DNA from: Candidatus Altimarinota bacterium
GTDB lineage: Bacteria > Patescibacteriota > Gracilibacteria > UBA1369
Direction of reading: 5' to 3'
DNA: 64,000 nt
Assembly: GCA_963677745.1 (NCBI GenBank)
Contig: OY782391.1
Span: forward strand, 832,001-896,000
Position numbers and translations under genes: made by a program. Below, piece after piece: positions 9,718 to 18,295 of this stretch; position 1 is the first letter of the stretch, and every line of letters starts with the position of its first letter. The notes under the pieces are model-generated. The model did not search any database. It saw only the letters and a list, made by a program, of their open reading frames with translations, and was not told the origin of the DNA.

Positions 9718-11082
9718 TTATTCCCCGAAATCCCCTTCGAAGGTGCGGGCTTTCTCCAGTGACAGGAATTTCATCTGTTCCTTTTTGAAGGCCAGTTCCA
9801 CGCGTCCGATCGGACCGTTTCTGTGTTTACGAATGTAAATATCGGTAATACCTGCTCTCTCGGAATCCTCTTCATAGTAATCTTCCCGATACATCATCAA
9901 CACCACGTCGGCATCCTGTTCAATAGCTCCGGATTCACGCAAGTCGGACAACTGGGGGACTTTGACCGGACGCAGTTCCACGGCGCGCGACAACTGTGAC
10001 AGGGCCAGAATCGGTACCCGCAATTCGCGCGCCAGTGATTTCAGGGAGCGGGAGATTTCGGAAATTTCATTGACGCGGTTATTCATATTGCCGGTCGAAC
10101 CGGTGACGGTCATCAGCTGCAGATAGTCGACGATTATCATATCCAGTCCGTTCTCCATCTGCAGGCGGCGGGCCTTGGAACGAAGTTCGGAAATAGAATT
10201 GCCTACCGAGTCATCGATAAAAATTTTCATGGCATAAAGTTCGTCCATGACCGAACCGATTCTCATGAAATCCTCTTCCGACAGTTTGCCGGATTTAATT
10301 TTCCAGGAATCGACGGACAGCAGTGAACTGAACATTCTTTCCACCAGCTGCTCCTTGCTCATTTCCAAGGATATCAGTCCCACGCTGCGGCCGGTTTTGG
10401 CCACGTTCTGGGCGATATTGAGGGCCAGAGCGGTCTTTCCCATGGAGGGACGGGCAGCCAGAATTACCAGATCGGAAGGCTGGAAACCGGTGAGGATATG
10501 ATCCAGATCGCGGAAACCGGTTGGCACGCCGCGGTATTTATCACGTGTTGCCGGATCATGAAGCTCGGTGATTTTGTCATAGGTGGAATTCAGAACATCT
10601 TTGATGTGTACAAATTTTTCCCGGATTGAAGCCTGTGAAACGCTGAACAGTGATTTCTCGGCCTGTTCCAGCAACATTTCCAGTGGATCAACTTCATTGT
10701 ATCCCAGTCCCATCACCACGTCGCCGCAACGGATCAGTTTCCTGAGCGTGGATTTCTGTTTAACGATCAGAGCGTAATTGAAAATGTGGGTGGAGGTGTG
10801 CACTTCATTGGCCAGAGTAGCCAGATAGCTGGCGCCCCCAATCATCTCCAGCTGTTTGCGGTCTTCCAGAATGGTTTTGGTGGTCAGCAGGTCAATCGGT
10901 GTCCGTTTTTCATAAAGATCCAGGATGGCGCGGTAAATCAGGCCGTGTACTTCGTGATAGTAATCCTCCTGCACCAGCAAATCGGCCACCTTGACGATGG
11001 AATCCTTGTCGATCAGCAGCGAGCCCAAAACCGCCCTTTCTGCTTCAATTGAATGTGGAGGTACCTTCAGTCCGCCTTCCAT
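9718..11082 (-). CDS. dnaB: Replicative DNA helicase
   Basis: PPHSIEAE, AARPSMGKT, IVDYLQL, LSQLSR, DLRESGAIEQDAD, KHRNGP; no intein. Confidence 0.98.
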   Translation of the reverse strand: MEGGLKVPPHSIEAERAVLGSLLIDKDSIVKVADLLVQEDYYHEVHGLIYRAILDLYEKRTPIDLLTTKTILEDRKQLEMIGGASYLATLANEVHTSTHIFNYALIVKQKSTLRKLIRCGDVVMGLGYNEVDPLEMLLEQAEKSLFSVSQASIREKFVHIKDVLNSTYDKITELHDPATRDKYRGVPTGFRDLDHILTGFQPSDLVILAARPSMGKTALALNIAQNVAKTGRSVGLISLEMSKEQLVERMFSSLLSVDSWKIKSGKLSEEDFMRIGSVMDELYAMKIFIDDSVGNSISELRSKARRLQMENGLDMIIVDYLQLMTVTGSTGNMNNRVNEISEISRSLKSLARELRVPILALSQLSRAVELRPVKVPQLSDLRESGAIEQDADVVLMMYREDYYEEDSERAGITDIYIRKHRNGPIGRVELAFKKEQMKFLSLEKARTFEGDFGE

Positions 11083-11173
11083 GGAAAATATTTTAGGAAA
11101 TTTTCACAATTAGTTTATGACCTTCTTCTATACTTTTGGGTACTCATCTTATATTGACTAGTCAAAGATAATT

Positions 11174-11557
11174 ATGCCAAAGACCGATTTTAGGAAAAAA
11201 CTGGGGAATAAAGGGGAATTGCTTGCCTGTCAATTTCTACAGAAAAAAGGATATCGTCTGCTGCGGCAAAATTATCTGCTGCGGGGAGGTCAGATTGATT
11301 TGATCATGCATTCTCCCCAGGGCAATCTGGTTTTTGTGGAAGTGAAGACTCGGCTCGGCAGGAAGCCGGCCCAGGAAATCCGCCTGGGTGCGGGTCAGCT
11401 GCGCGCTATCAGGCGTACTGCCGGCCATTTTCTGTCCGCCTATAAATTTCCTTTCCTGTCTTGGCAATTGGACCTGATTTGGATACACTTGGAACCGGAT
11501 GCCAGACCTTCACCTCTGGCCAAAATAAAACACTATCAAAACATTCTGGAAACATGA
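11174..11557 (+). CDS. YraN family (UPF0102) PD-(D/E)XK protein
   Basis: GNKGELLACQFL, GQIDLI, LVFVEVKTR. Confidence 0.9.
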   Translation: MPKTDFRKKLGNKGELLACQFLQKKGYRLLRQNYLLRGGQIDLIMHSPQGNLVFVEVKTRLGRKPAQEIRLGAGQLRAIRRTAGHFLSAYKFPFLSWQLDLIWIHLEPDARPSPLAKIKHYQNILET

Positions 11558-12618
11558 ATAACTGGAAAAAAATCAGGCAAATCCTGTTGATTCTCTTTCT
11601 GGTGGGAGGGCTGTTGTTCGTGATATTTGCGGTGTTTTTCAACCGGGCCGAACTGCAGATCAGCGCTGAAGCGCCATTCAATATTGACGTCGTAAATCAG
11701 CGTGGAAAATATTGCGAAGCTTCCCCCTGTTCCATCGTGCTGGCCCCGGGAACTTATCTGATCAATGTCAGTAAAACGGATTACCAGGACTACAGCGATG
11801 AAGTAACCTTGCCACTGGGCACCACCGTCAAAAAAGATTATCAGCTGGTGCGCCTGCCCAAGCTGGAAACTCTTGACGCCGCTTCAGTAGAAGCGGCGGA
11901 GCTGCAGGGGGTCTTAACCCATACCGGACTTTCCGGCCTGCCTCCGGACAATCAATATTTCTTTGCCCCCGACGGAACTACAGTCTATTTCCTGGCTGAC
12001 AATCCCGATACTTACCTGCCGTCTCTCTACCGGAAAAGTCTGGATGATCAGGAGCGTCCGCAGCTGCTGTTGAATTTTTTGCGTAAAGTAGAAAAACCTC
12101 TGATCAAAATCAATCCGGAACAGACCAAAGTTGCTTTGATCGACCAGTCCGATCCCCAGAACGCCAATCTCTACCTGTTGGATTTGGAAGCCAAATCACG
12201 GACGCTGATCGACCAGAATGACCTGATTACCGACGCCCTCTGGTTAGCGGCGGACGGAAACAGCCAGTACCTGCTCATCGAAAAGGTCAACCGGGTCACT
12301 CTGAACCGCTCTCTTTCCCTGATCGATACCGCCAATCCGGCCAGCCAGACAGCCCTGACCGCCCAAACCCTGATGACGGCGGTATTGCCTTATTCGGCTG
12401 ATCAGATCATTTATGCCGAGCTGTTTCCGCCCGCCGCGGACGGTTCAGCCGTCAAAGGCTTCAGCCTGAAACTTTTAAATCTGCGTACCCAGCTCTCCCA
12501 GAACATCTTTGATCTGCCCGGCTACAATCTTCCCCAAAAAATGAAATTCCAGAGCAAAAGCGGGATTTTGCTAATGCTAATTGACGGTGTGGTTTACAGT
12601 CTTTCCCCGATTCTCTAA
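11554..12618 (+). CDS. Membrane-anchored PEGA-domain protein with beta-propeller-like C-terminus
   Basis: ATG 11554 overlaps yraN stop (ATGA); N-term TM; LAPGTYLINVSKTDY PEGA-like motif. Confidence 0.65.
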   Translation: MNNWKKIRQILLILFLVGGLLFVIFAVFFNRAELQISAEAPFNIDVVNQRGKYCEASPCSIVLAPGTYLINVSKTDYQDYSDEVTLPLGTTVKKDYQLVRLPKLETLDAASVEAAELQGVLTHTGLSGLPPDNQYFFAPDGTTVYFLADNPDTYLPSLYRKSLDDQERPQLLLNFLRKVEKPLIKINPEQTKVALIDQSDPQNANLYLLDLEAKSRTLIDQNDLITDALWLAADGNSQYLLIEKVNRVTLNRSLSLIDTANPASQTALTAQTLMTAVLPYSADQIIYAELFPPAADGSAVKGFSLKLLNLRTQLSQNIFDLPGYNLPQKMKFQSKSGILLMLIDGVVYSLSPIL

Positions 12619-12645
12619 GATAACAGGGTAAAATAAAAACCAACC

Positions 12646-13824
12646 ATGGAATTAAACCGGTTGCAAAAAGCCATTCAACAGAGAAAGGATGACGCCCAGT
12701 CCCTCACCAACCTGTCTTTTGCCGATTTCACCTTCCATGACAGTCTACTGACCCGCCGCAAGATCCAGAACGCCTTCGTCAATATTTTTAAATATCCTTA
12801 TTATTATCCCACCGCCCGCGGAGAGCAGGAGACTCTGGAAGCCGTCTGCGCCTACTATCGCAGGCTGGGGCAGGATGTGGATCCGGGCAGCCTCATTCTC
12901 ACCTCAACGCTTAATCAGAGTTATCTTTATCTGTTTAAAATATTTTCCAACGGCAACGGAGAAATTCTGGCGCCCACACCCCACAGTCCTTCGCTGGATG
13001 AAGTATCAGGATTCCTGGGCCTGGAGTTGAAGACTTACCCGCTCCTGGCTGAGCAGGGCTGGCAGATTGATTTGCAGCAACTGGAAAAAAACATCACCGA
13101 AAATACCCGGGCCATTCAGCTGATGTCGCCTCATTTACCAACCGGCGCGGTGCAAACAGCAGAAACTCTGGAAGGACTTCTGAAGCTCATTAAGGGGAAG
13201 AATATCGCTCTGATTGTCGATGAATCCCTCTCCGATTTTTATTTCGGGGAAGGCAAATTGCCGCTTATCACCGAGCTGGCCAAGTCCAAACAGCTGATCA
13301 TCACCTTGCAGTCCCTCAGCAATTCGTTCGCCCTGCCCGGTCTCAAGATCAGCTGGCTGCAGGTCAGCGGTCCCGCCGAACAGGCTGCCAATCTACTGCA
13401 GAGCATTGAGTTTCTGGCCGATACATTTCTGACACTGAGCCAGTTCAGCCAGACGGTTTTGCCGGAAGTGGTCAGATTCTCTAACAAATGGCGCCGGAAA
13501 TTCCAGAAAATTGTGGAAAAAAACCGCCACATCCTGGTTGGCAAACTTTCCAAATGCCCGCGCCTGCACTTTCATTTTCCGGAGGGGGGATTTTATGCTT
13601 TTATTAAAGTTCTGGCGGACCCCGAATCCCCCGGCGCTGTCCTTTCCGATGAAGATTTTGCCGTCGATTTGCTGGAAAAAACCGGCATCTACGTCCATCC
13701 CGGATATTATTATGCCCAGAAAGACGGCTGTTATTTTATGATCTGCTTCCTGCAGGACCCCGGTGTGTTGCGCACTTCATTGAAAAAAATCGTCAAATAT
13801 TTCCGCCCCCCGCGCAAAAAATAA
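12646..13824 (+). CDS. Class I/II aminotransferase fold protein with degenerate active site
   Basis: SPHLPTG, IVDE, SLSNSFALPGLKISW, PEGGFY, VHPGYY; Schiff-base Lys position is Asn. Confidence 0.85.
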   Translation: MELNRLQKAIQQRKDDAQSLTNLSFADFTFHDSLLTRRKIQNAFVNIFKYPYYYPTARGEQETLEAVCAYYRRLGQDVDPGSLILTSTLNQSYLYLFKIFSNGNGEILAPTPHSPSLDEVSGFLGLELKTYPLLAEQGWQIDLQQLEKNITENTRAIQLMSPHLPTGAVQTAETLEGLLKLIKGKNIALIVDESLSDFYFGEGKLPLITELAKSKQLIITLQSLSNSFALPGLKISWLQVSGPAEQAANLLQSIEFLADTFLTLSQFSQTVLPEVVRFSNKWRRKFQKIVEKNRHILVGKLSKCPRLHFHFPEGGFYAFIKVLADPESPGAVLSDEDFAVDLLEKTGIYVHPGYYYAQKDGCYFMICFLQDPGVLRTSLKKIVKYFRPPRKK

Positions 13825-13864
13825 TTGCGCACGTCCCTCCCGCATCCGATTCCTTAGGAGAAAG

Positions 13865-13893
13865 TTGACAAAAACGAGTAAAGGTGATTAAAT
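13865..13893 (+). promoter_or_regulatory. sigma70-type promoter of the TrmB-family gene
   Basis: TTGACA (13865-13870), 17 bp spacer, TTAAAT. Confidence 0.55.
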
Positions 13894-13912
13894 AAATTCC
13901 TTTATTGATTTT

Positions 13913-14665
13913 ATGTTGGAACAGGTCCTGAAAAACCAGGGGCTTACCGATAAGGAAACCGCTCTGTTCACCATGCTTCAGGAATGGGGTGAGCAACCGG
14001 CCAGTGTGCTGGCCAGAAAGGCCGTCTTGTCGCGTTCCTCCTGTTATGCTTCGCTGGAACAATTGCTGAAAAAAGGCCTGGTTTCGCGAGTTTATAAAAA
14101 CGGAATTTCTTATTTCCAGGGCAATGATTTGACGCCACTTCTGGACAGCCTGCAGCGTAGAAAAACGCAGGAAATCAAGGAAATAAGCCTTTTGAAGCTC
14201 AATTTAAAAACACGGAAAAAGCCGCCCGTCCCGGAACAGCAAAAATCATCTGCCCATTATTTCAGCGGGGAAGAAGGACTGGAAAATTTGATTAATCAAA
14301 TCCTGCGATATCCCTGCCCTGTCAAAAGAATTTATTTAAGTAAAAATCCTTACACCAGAACTTCTTTGAAAGATCGTCTGTCTGCGAATTCAGCGTCGAC
14401 CGCCGCTTCCAATGGAGCACTGAAAATTCTTTGCCAGGAAAAACTGTCTGAACTGCCTGGAGCGATTGCCAAGGGATTTCCGGCGGCTTTCGACCTGGGC
14501 ATTGACCTGATTATCAGCGGGGACAAACTTGCCCTGATCTGCTTCCCGGAAAATTTCGGACTCCTTATCGAAAGCCGCCTGATCACCAATGCTTTTGCCC
14601 GCGTCTTTGACCTGGTCTGGAAGTTCAGCCGTGCCGGAACCAATGCCGGTGCTGTTAACGGCTGA
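13913..14665 (+). CDS. TrmB-family transcriptional regulator
   Basis: LKNQGLTDKE..ASVLARKAVLSRSSCYASLEQLLKKGLV; FSGEEG; IISGDKLALI..GLLIES..FDLVW. Confidence 0.85.
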   Translation: MLEQVLKNQGLTDKETALFTMLQEWGEQPASVLARKAVLSRSSCYASLEQLLKKGLVSRVYKNGISYFQGNDLTPLLDSLQRRKTQEIKEISLLKLNLKTRKKPPVPEQQKSSAHYFSGEEGLENLINQILRYPCPVKRIYLSKNPYTRTSLKDRLSANSASTAASNGALKILCQEKLSELPGAIAKGFPAAFDLGIDLIISGDKLALICFPENFGLLIESRLITNAFARVFDLVWKFSRAGTNAGAVNG

Positions 14666-15725
14666 GAATTTCTCCGGACTTTTCGCCGATCAAAACAGTT
14701 TCCTGCAATTGCAGGTTTTGTCCTTCCATTTCCAGATGTGCCACCAGCGAAAGAGTCGTATTGGCCTGCAACTTTTCTTCGGTAAAAATCTCTTCGCCGA
14801 TATAGGGAAGATTGAGAATATTGAAACCGATGCTGTGTCCCAGGTATTTTTTATCCAGATGGCATTTGGACAGTCCTGCCCTGCGTAACTCGAATTCCAG
14901 CAGACCAGGCAGAATATGCAGTTCGATAGCCGGTTTGAGCGCCTTTACAAAAGCTTTGAAGGCCTTTTCCACCAGCGCGTATTTCTTTTGCCAAAGCGGA
15001 TTGTTTACAAAAAAGGTGCGTCCGATATCGGCAAAAAACCCTTCATGTTCCGCCCCGACATTCACATAGACAATATCCTTCGCCAGTATCTTGGCTTTCC
15101 AGCCGAGCAGACAGAGAATGTTTTTCTGTCCGTGAAAACTTTCCACCAGTGTCGGAAAGGCCAGAGCGTCGGCTTTTTTGAGGATCTCACGGTCCAGCTG
15201 TTCAGCCACCTGATCCATCCGCAGTCCGGGTTTGATTAGGCGCGCCGCCTTGTTCAAGGTTTCTGCCAGGATCCCGGTTACTTTTTTAACGGCTGCAATT
15301 TCAGCGGGACTTTTTTTATTTAAAACCGTCCACAAATCATCATCCAGAAACACCAGCTCGGCCGGCGTCAAACTGAAATGCACAGCCGGGGCGGGGCCGA
15401 TAATGCCGACCTTTCTGCATTTTTTCAGAAACCTCGCGAATTCCTGGGGAATCTTTTTTTCATCAAAAGTTTTCACATGGGGTTTATCCGAAAGTCCCAG
15501 GCGGTTAACCAGAAAGTGCGGGACAAAATAGCCTTTTTGCAGCCGGCCGCTGGGCCGGTCCAGAAACAAATAATGATAAAGTATGGGCTTCAGGCCGGTC
15601 AGGGCAAACCCGAAACTGAAATCCTGAGAGCTGGCGCAAATCAGCACAATATCCAGTTTTTTCTGCTGCATCACCGCGGCAATTTTCTGCCATCTGGCTG
15701 CCTGTATGTTTTGGTTTTTATTCAT
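14655..15725 (-). CDS. M24 (Xaa-Pro peptidase) fold protein with degenerate metal site
   Basis: KSPAEI, AFPTLV, NVGAEHEGFFADIGRT, LGHSIG; several ligands replaced. Confidence 0.8.
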   Translation of the reverse strand: MNKNQNIQAARWQKIAAVMQQKKLDIVLICASSQDFSFGFALTGLKPILYHYLFLDRPSGRLQKGYFVPHFLVNRLGLSDKPHVKTFDEKKIPQEFARFLKKCRKVGIIGPAPAVHFSLTPAELVFLDDDLWTVLNKKSPAEIAAVKKVTGILAETLNKAARLIKPGLRMDQVAEQLDREILKKADALAFPTLVESFHGQKNILCLLGWKAKILAKDIVYVNVGAEHEGFFADIGRTFFVNNPLWQKKYALVEKAFKAFVKALKPAIELHILPGLLEFELRRAGLSKCHLDKKYLGHSIGFNILNLPYIGEEIFTEEKLQANTTLSLVAHLEMEGQNLQLQETVLIGEKSGEILSR

Positions 15726-15767
15726 CCGTTCAATTTTCCGGGATATCCGGCAATTATACCATCAGTT

Positions 15768-17987
15768 TTATTTTGACTCCATTTTATAAACAAAATTCCA
15801 GTCCGGTTTGGGCGGGAATCGTTTCAAAAGTTCACAGCGCCCGGCATAGAAATTGGACAGCACGTCGGCCGGCCAGCGTGGGAAAACCTCTTTTTGGAAT
15901 ACTTCCAGGGCTTCAGCAAACTGTCTCTGAAAATAGAGCGCCAGGGCCTTGTTATAAGCCTGGATCAGCTGGCGTTGATCGTCGGAAAGCTGGTCTGCCG
16001 GGCAAATCAGTTCATAAACTTTAACCGGCTTCTGCTTGCCTTTGGGAGTCATCACGTCCAGGAAACGGCAGGAATATTTTGAATTGATCAGTTCATAGGT
16101 TGCCTCGGCAATCATCACATGGGTGCGGTATTTTTTATTGGCTCCTTCCAGACGTGACCCCAGATTCACAATGTCGCCGATCACCGTATACTGTATGTGT
16201 TGGCTAAAACCGATATTTCCGACCAGCGCCTCACCTGTGGAGATACCCACACGGAAATCGATTTCCGGTTTCTTTTCACCGCCCGGAAGCGGTGGATCGG
16301 TTTTCCATTTGGCGTTTAATTTGGGCAATTCCGCACGCATTTCCAGCGCCGCCTTGGCGGCGCGTTCGGCCTGCCCTGCGGGCCCCTGCTCTTTTTGTCC
16401 GGGTTTATCCTCAAAAAATGCCATCAGGGCATCGCCCTCATACTTATCAACTATGCCGCCGTTTTGGACTATCACCCTGCCCATGGCTTCAAAATATTCA
16501 TTTAAAAGAGCCACCAGCGATTGCGGCTGCAGGGATTCGGAAATAGTTGTGAACCCGAGTATATCGGTAAATATCACTGTTATCTGCCGTTTTTCCCCGC
16601 CGGTGTGAACCTGGGACTCATCACTGCCCAGCACTTGCTCGGCCACCCGGGTATTCACATATTGGCCAAGTGCCCCGGCTACCCTGGTCTTTTGGCGGGA
16701 CTCGCTCAGATAGCGGTAAGCATAACCGGCAATTGCAGCGGCCACCACCGAGAGCGGCGGATAAACCATATTTAAAATTAATCCCTGCGATCTGAACAAT
16801 AGCGGCGCTGCCGCCATCGTATATACGCCTATCAGTATCACCAGCAGAGGCAGAGCCCAGCCGATTTGCAGCAGAAACACCAGCGCCAGCGCCGCCGCCG
16901 CCATCAGGCCAATCGTGCCCACCCGCTCCGGCATGGTCTGATTCCGCAGCCAGGCCTGATCCAGAATGGTCTGAATCGCCTGCGCATGAATCATCACGCC
17001 GGGCTGAGCAACATTGGATTCCAATGGAATGAAATAATTATCTCCAGAATTGAAATATCCTAATCCGATTAATACGATTTTATCCTTTAGGAAGCTCCAA
17101 TCTTTGTTGTTATCATTATGTAAATCGAGGAATGAAATTACTCTGATCGCAGAGTCTTCCTGCTCAAGATTAAACATATTGCTGGGCTTCTCCGAAAAAT
17201 TTATCAGCATTTGAGAATTTTCCAGTGGAATATCCAAAGATTTTTGGCCAGACTTAATAGAAATTTGATTTTCTTTCCAATCAATTGACTCAATTGGCCA
17301 CATACCTTTTGAATACAGAACCGCGACTACCGGTAATGACAATACCCTTTGTTGTTTTTGGCCTCCCATTGCAGGTAACATACTTCTTAACAAATCCGTC
17401 GCATCCTTGTTGAATTTCGGATGAGCCAATAGATTATTCTCTCCAATAAGCTCTGGAATTGGATCTAAAAACTCAACCTGCAAATCAGAGAAATTCTTAT
17501 TTAAATTTGGATCAAACCTTACATTGGTTAAAAGAATAACATTACTAATTTTTTTTATCATTTCTCCCAAGGCAATATCATCAGGATGGGAGAATTTTTT
17601 ATCAAATCTTGTGATCTCTTCCGCAGGGTTTTCCGAATTTAGTACTTTCTCGACATCATCTTGGCACAACCCCTCGCTTTTACTTGAAAAAAGTACGTCG
17701 ATGCCAATTGCCGCCGGCTTATTTCCAGTCAGTTTTTCCAATACCGGCACATAATAAGTCCGGCACCAGGAACTGAATTTCCCGAGCCCGTCCTCACTGA
17801 TGCTCTCGTCATCAATCGCCACTACCACTACCTGATTTTTTGTGGGTCTTTCATAATAAAGGAAATTGGAGAGGTAAAGCTGCTGTTTTTCCAGGGGATT
17901 CCACCAGGCCAAAAGCGAGCTGCCGGCCGCTACCAGCAGCAGGATTATTGTTGCGCCGATCAGTCTGTTTATTTGAGCTTTTTGCAT
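15768..17987 (-). CDS. CHASE2-domain class III adenylate/guanylate cyclase
   Basis: VVVAIDD, GIDVLF, PGVMIHAQ; 3 TM; FTDILGFT, DKYEGDA, YTVIGDIVNLGSRLE, KGK; K/T determinants suggest ATP specificity. Confidence 0.93.
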   Translation of the reverse strand: MQKAQINRLIGATIILLLVAAGSSLLAWWNPLEKQQLYLSNFLYYERPTKNQVVVVAIDDESISEDGLGKFSSWCRTYYVPVLEKLTGNKPAAIGIDVLFSSKSEGLCQDDVEKVLNSENPAEEITRFDKKFSHPDDIALGEMIKKISNVILLTNVRFDPNLNKNFSDLQVEFLDPIPELIGENNLLAHPKFNKDATDLLRSMLPAMGGQKQQRVLSLPVVAVLYSKGMWPIESIDWKENQISIKSGQKSLDIPLENSQMLINFSEKPSNMFNLEQEDSAIRVISFLDLHNDNNKDWSFLKDKIVLIGLGYFNSGDNYFIPLESNVAQPGVMIHAQAIQTILDQAWLRNQTMPERVGTIGLMAAAALALVFLLQIGWALPLLVILIGVYTMAAAPLLFRSQGLILNMVYPPLSVVAAAIAGYAYRYLSESRQKTRVAGALGQYVNTRVAEQVLGSDESQVHTGGEKRQITVIFTDILGFTTISESLQPQSLVALLNEYFEAMGRVIVQNGGIVDKYEGDALMAFFEDKPGQKEQGPAGQAERAAKAALEMRAELPKLNAKWKTDPPLPGGEKKPEIDFRVGISTGEALVGNIGFSQHIQYTVIGDIVNLGSRLEGANKKYRTHVMIAEATYELINSKYSCRFLDVMTPKGKQKPVKVYELICPADQLSDDQRQLIQAYNKALALYFQRQFAEALEVFQKEVFPRWPADVLSNFYAGRCELLKRFPPKPDWNFVYKMESK

Positions 17988-18006
17988 GGGTTCAGTTAAT
18001 CTTCAG

Positions 18007-18015
18007 ATTATACCA
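18007..18015 (-). promoter_or_regulatory. Extended -10 promoter of the cyclase gene
   Basis: TGGTATAAT on the minus strand ~20 nt upstream of the ATG at 17987. Confidence 0.55.
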
Positions 18016-18051
18016 TAAACAGGCAGTAAAGACCATTGTTCGCACATTTTG

Positions 18052-18092
18052 AAAACACCCCGCTGCGACTTGACTAGGTCGGCAGCGGGGTG
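18052..18092 (-). terminator. Intrinsic terminator-like hairpin
   Basis: CACCCCGCTGC/GCAGCGGGGTG 11-bp stem plus inner pairs, followed by TTTT on the minus strand. Confidence 0.7.
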
Positions 18093-18214
18093 CTGTGCGG
18101 CATTATGCCGCGGGGGTAGTCTTCCGGGCGCCTTCACCTTGCGGCAAAGAGCTTGGAAGCCAAAATGAGTGAGTCCCCGGCGCGAGCTTGTTCAGCTCAA
18201 GCGCAGAGGACAGG
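18093..18214 (-). ncRNA. Candidate multi-stem non-coding RNA (no known family recognised)
   Basis: Hairpins at 18180-18204, 18132-18149 (GCAA tetraloop, G-U pairs on the minus strand) and 18097-18111; CCGGG/CCCGG closing stem; ends in a terminator. Confidence 0.4.
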
Positions 18215-18223
18215 ATTGTAAGG

Positions 18224-18281
18224 AAAAGAAAGTGGAGCGGGCGGGGCCTGCGAGGAGGGAGGTACAAACCCCGCCCGCTCC
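18224..18281 (-). terminator. Terminator-like hairpin after the MYXO-CTERM gene
   Basis: 13-bp perfect stem GGAGCGGGCGGGG (18234-18246)/CCCCGCCCGCTCC (18269-18281), followed by ACTTTCTTTT on the minus strand. Confidence 0.6.
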
Positions 18282-18295
18282 GGATTGGGTCTGTA

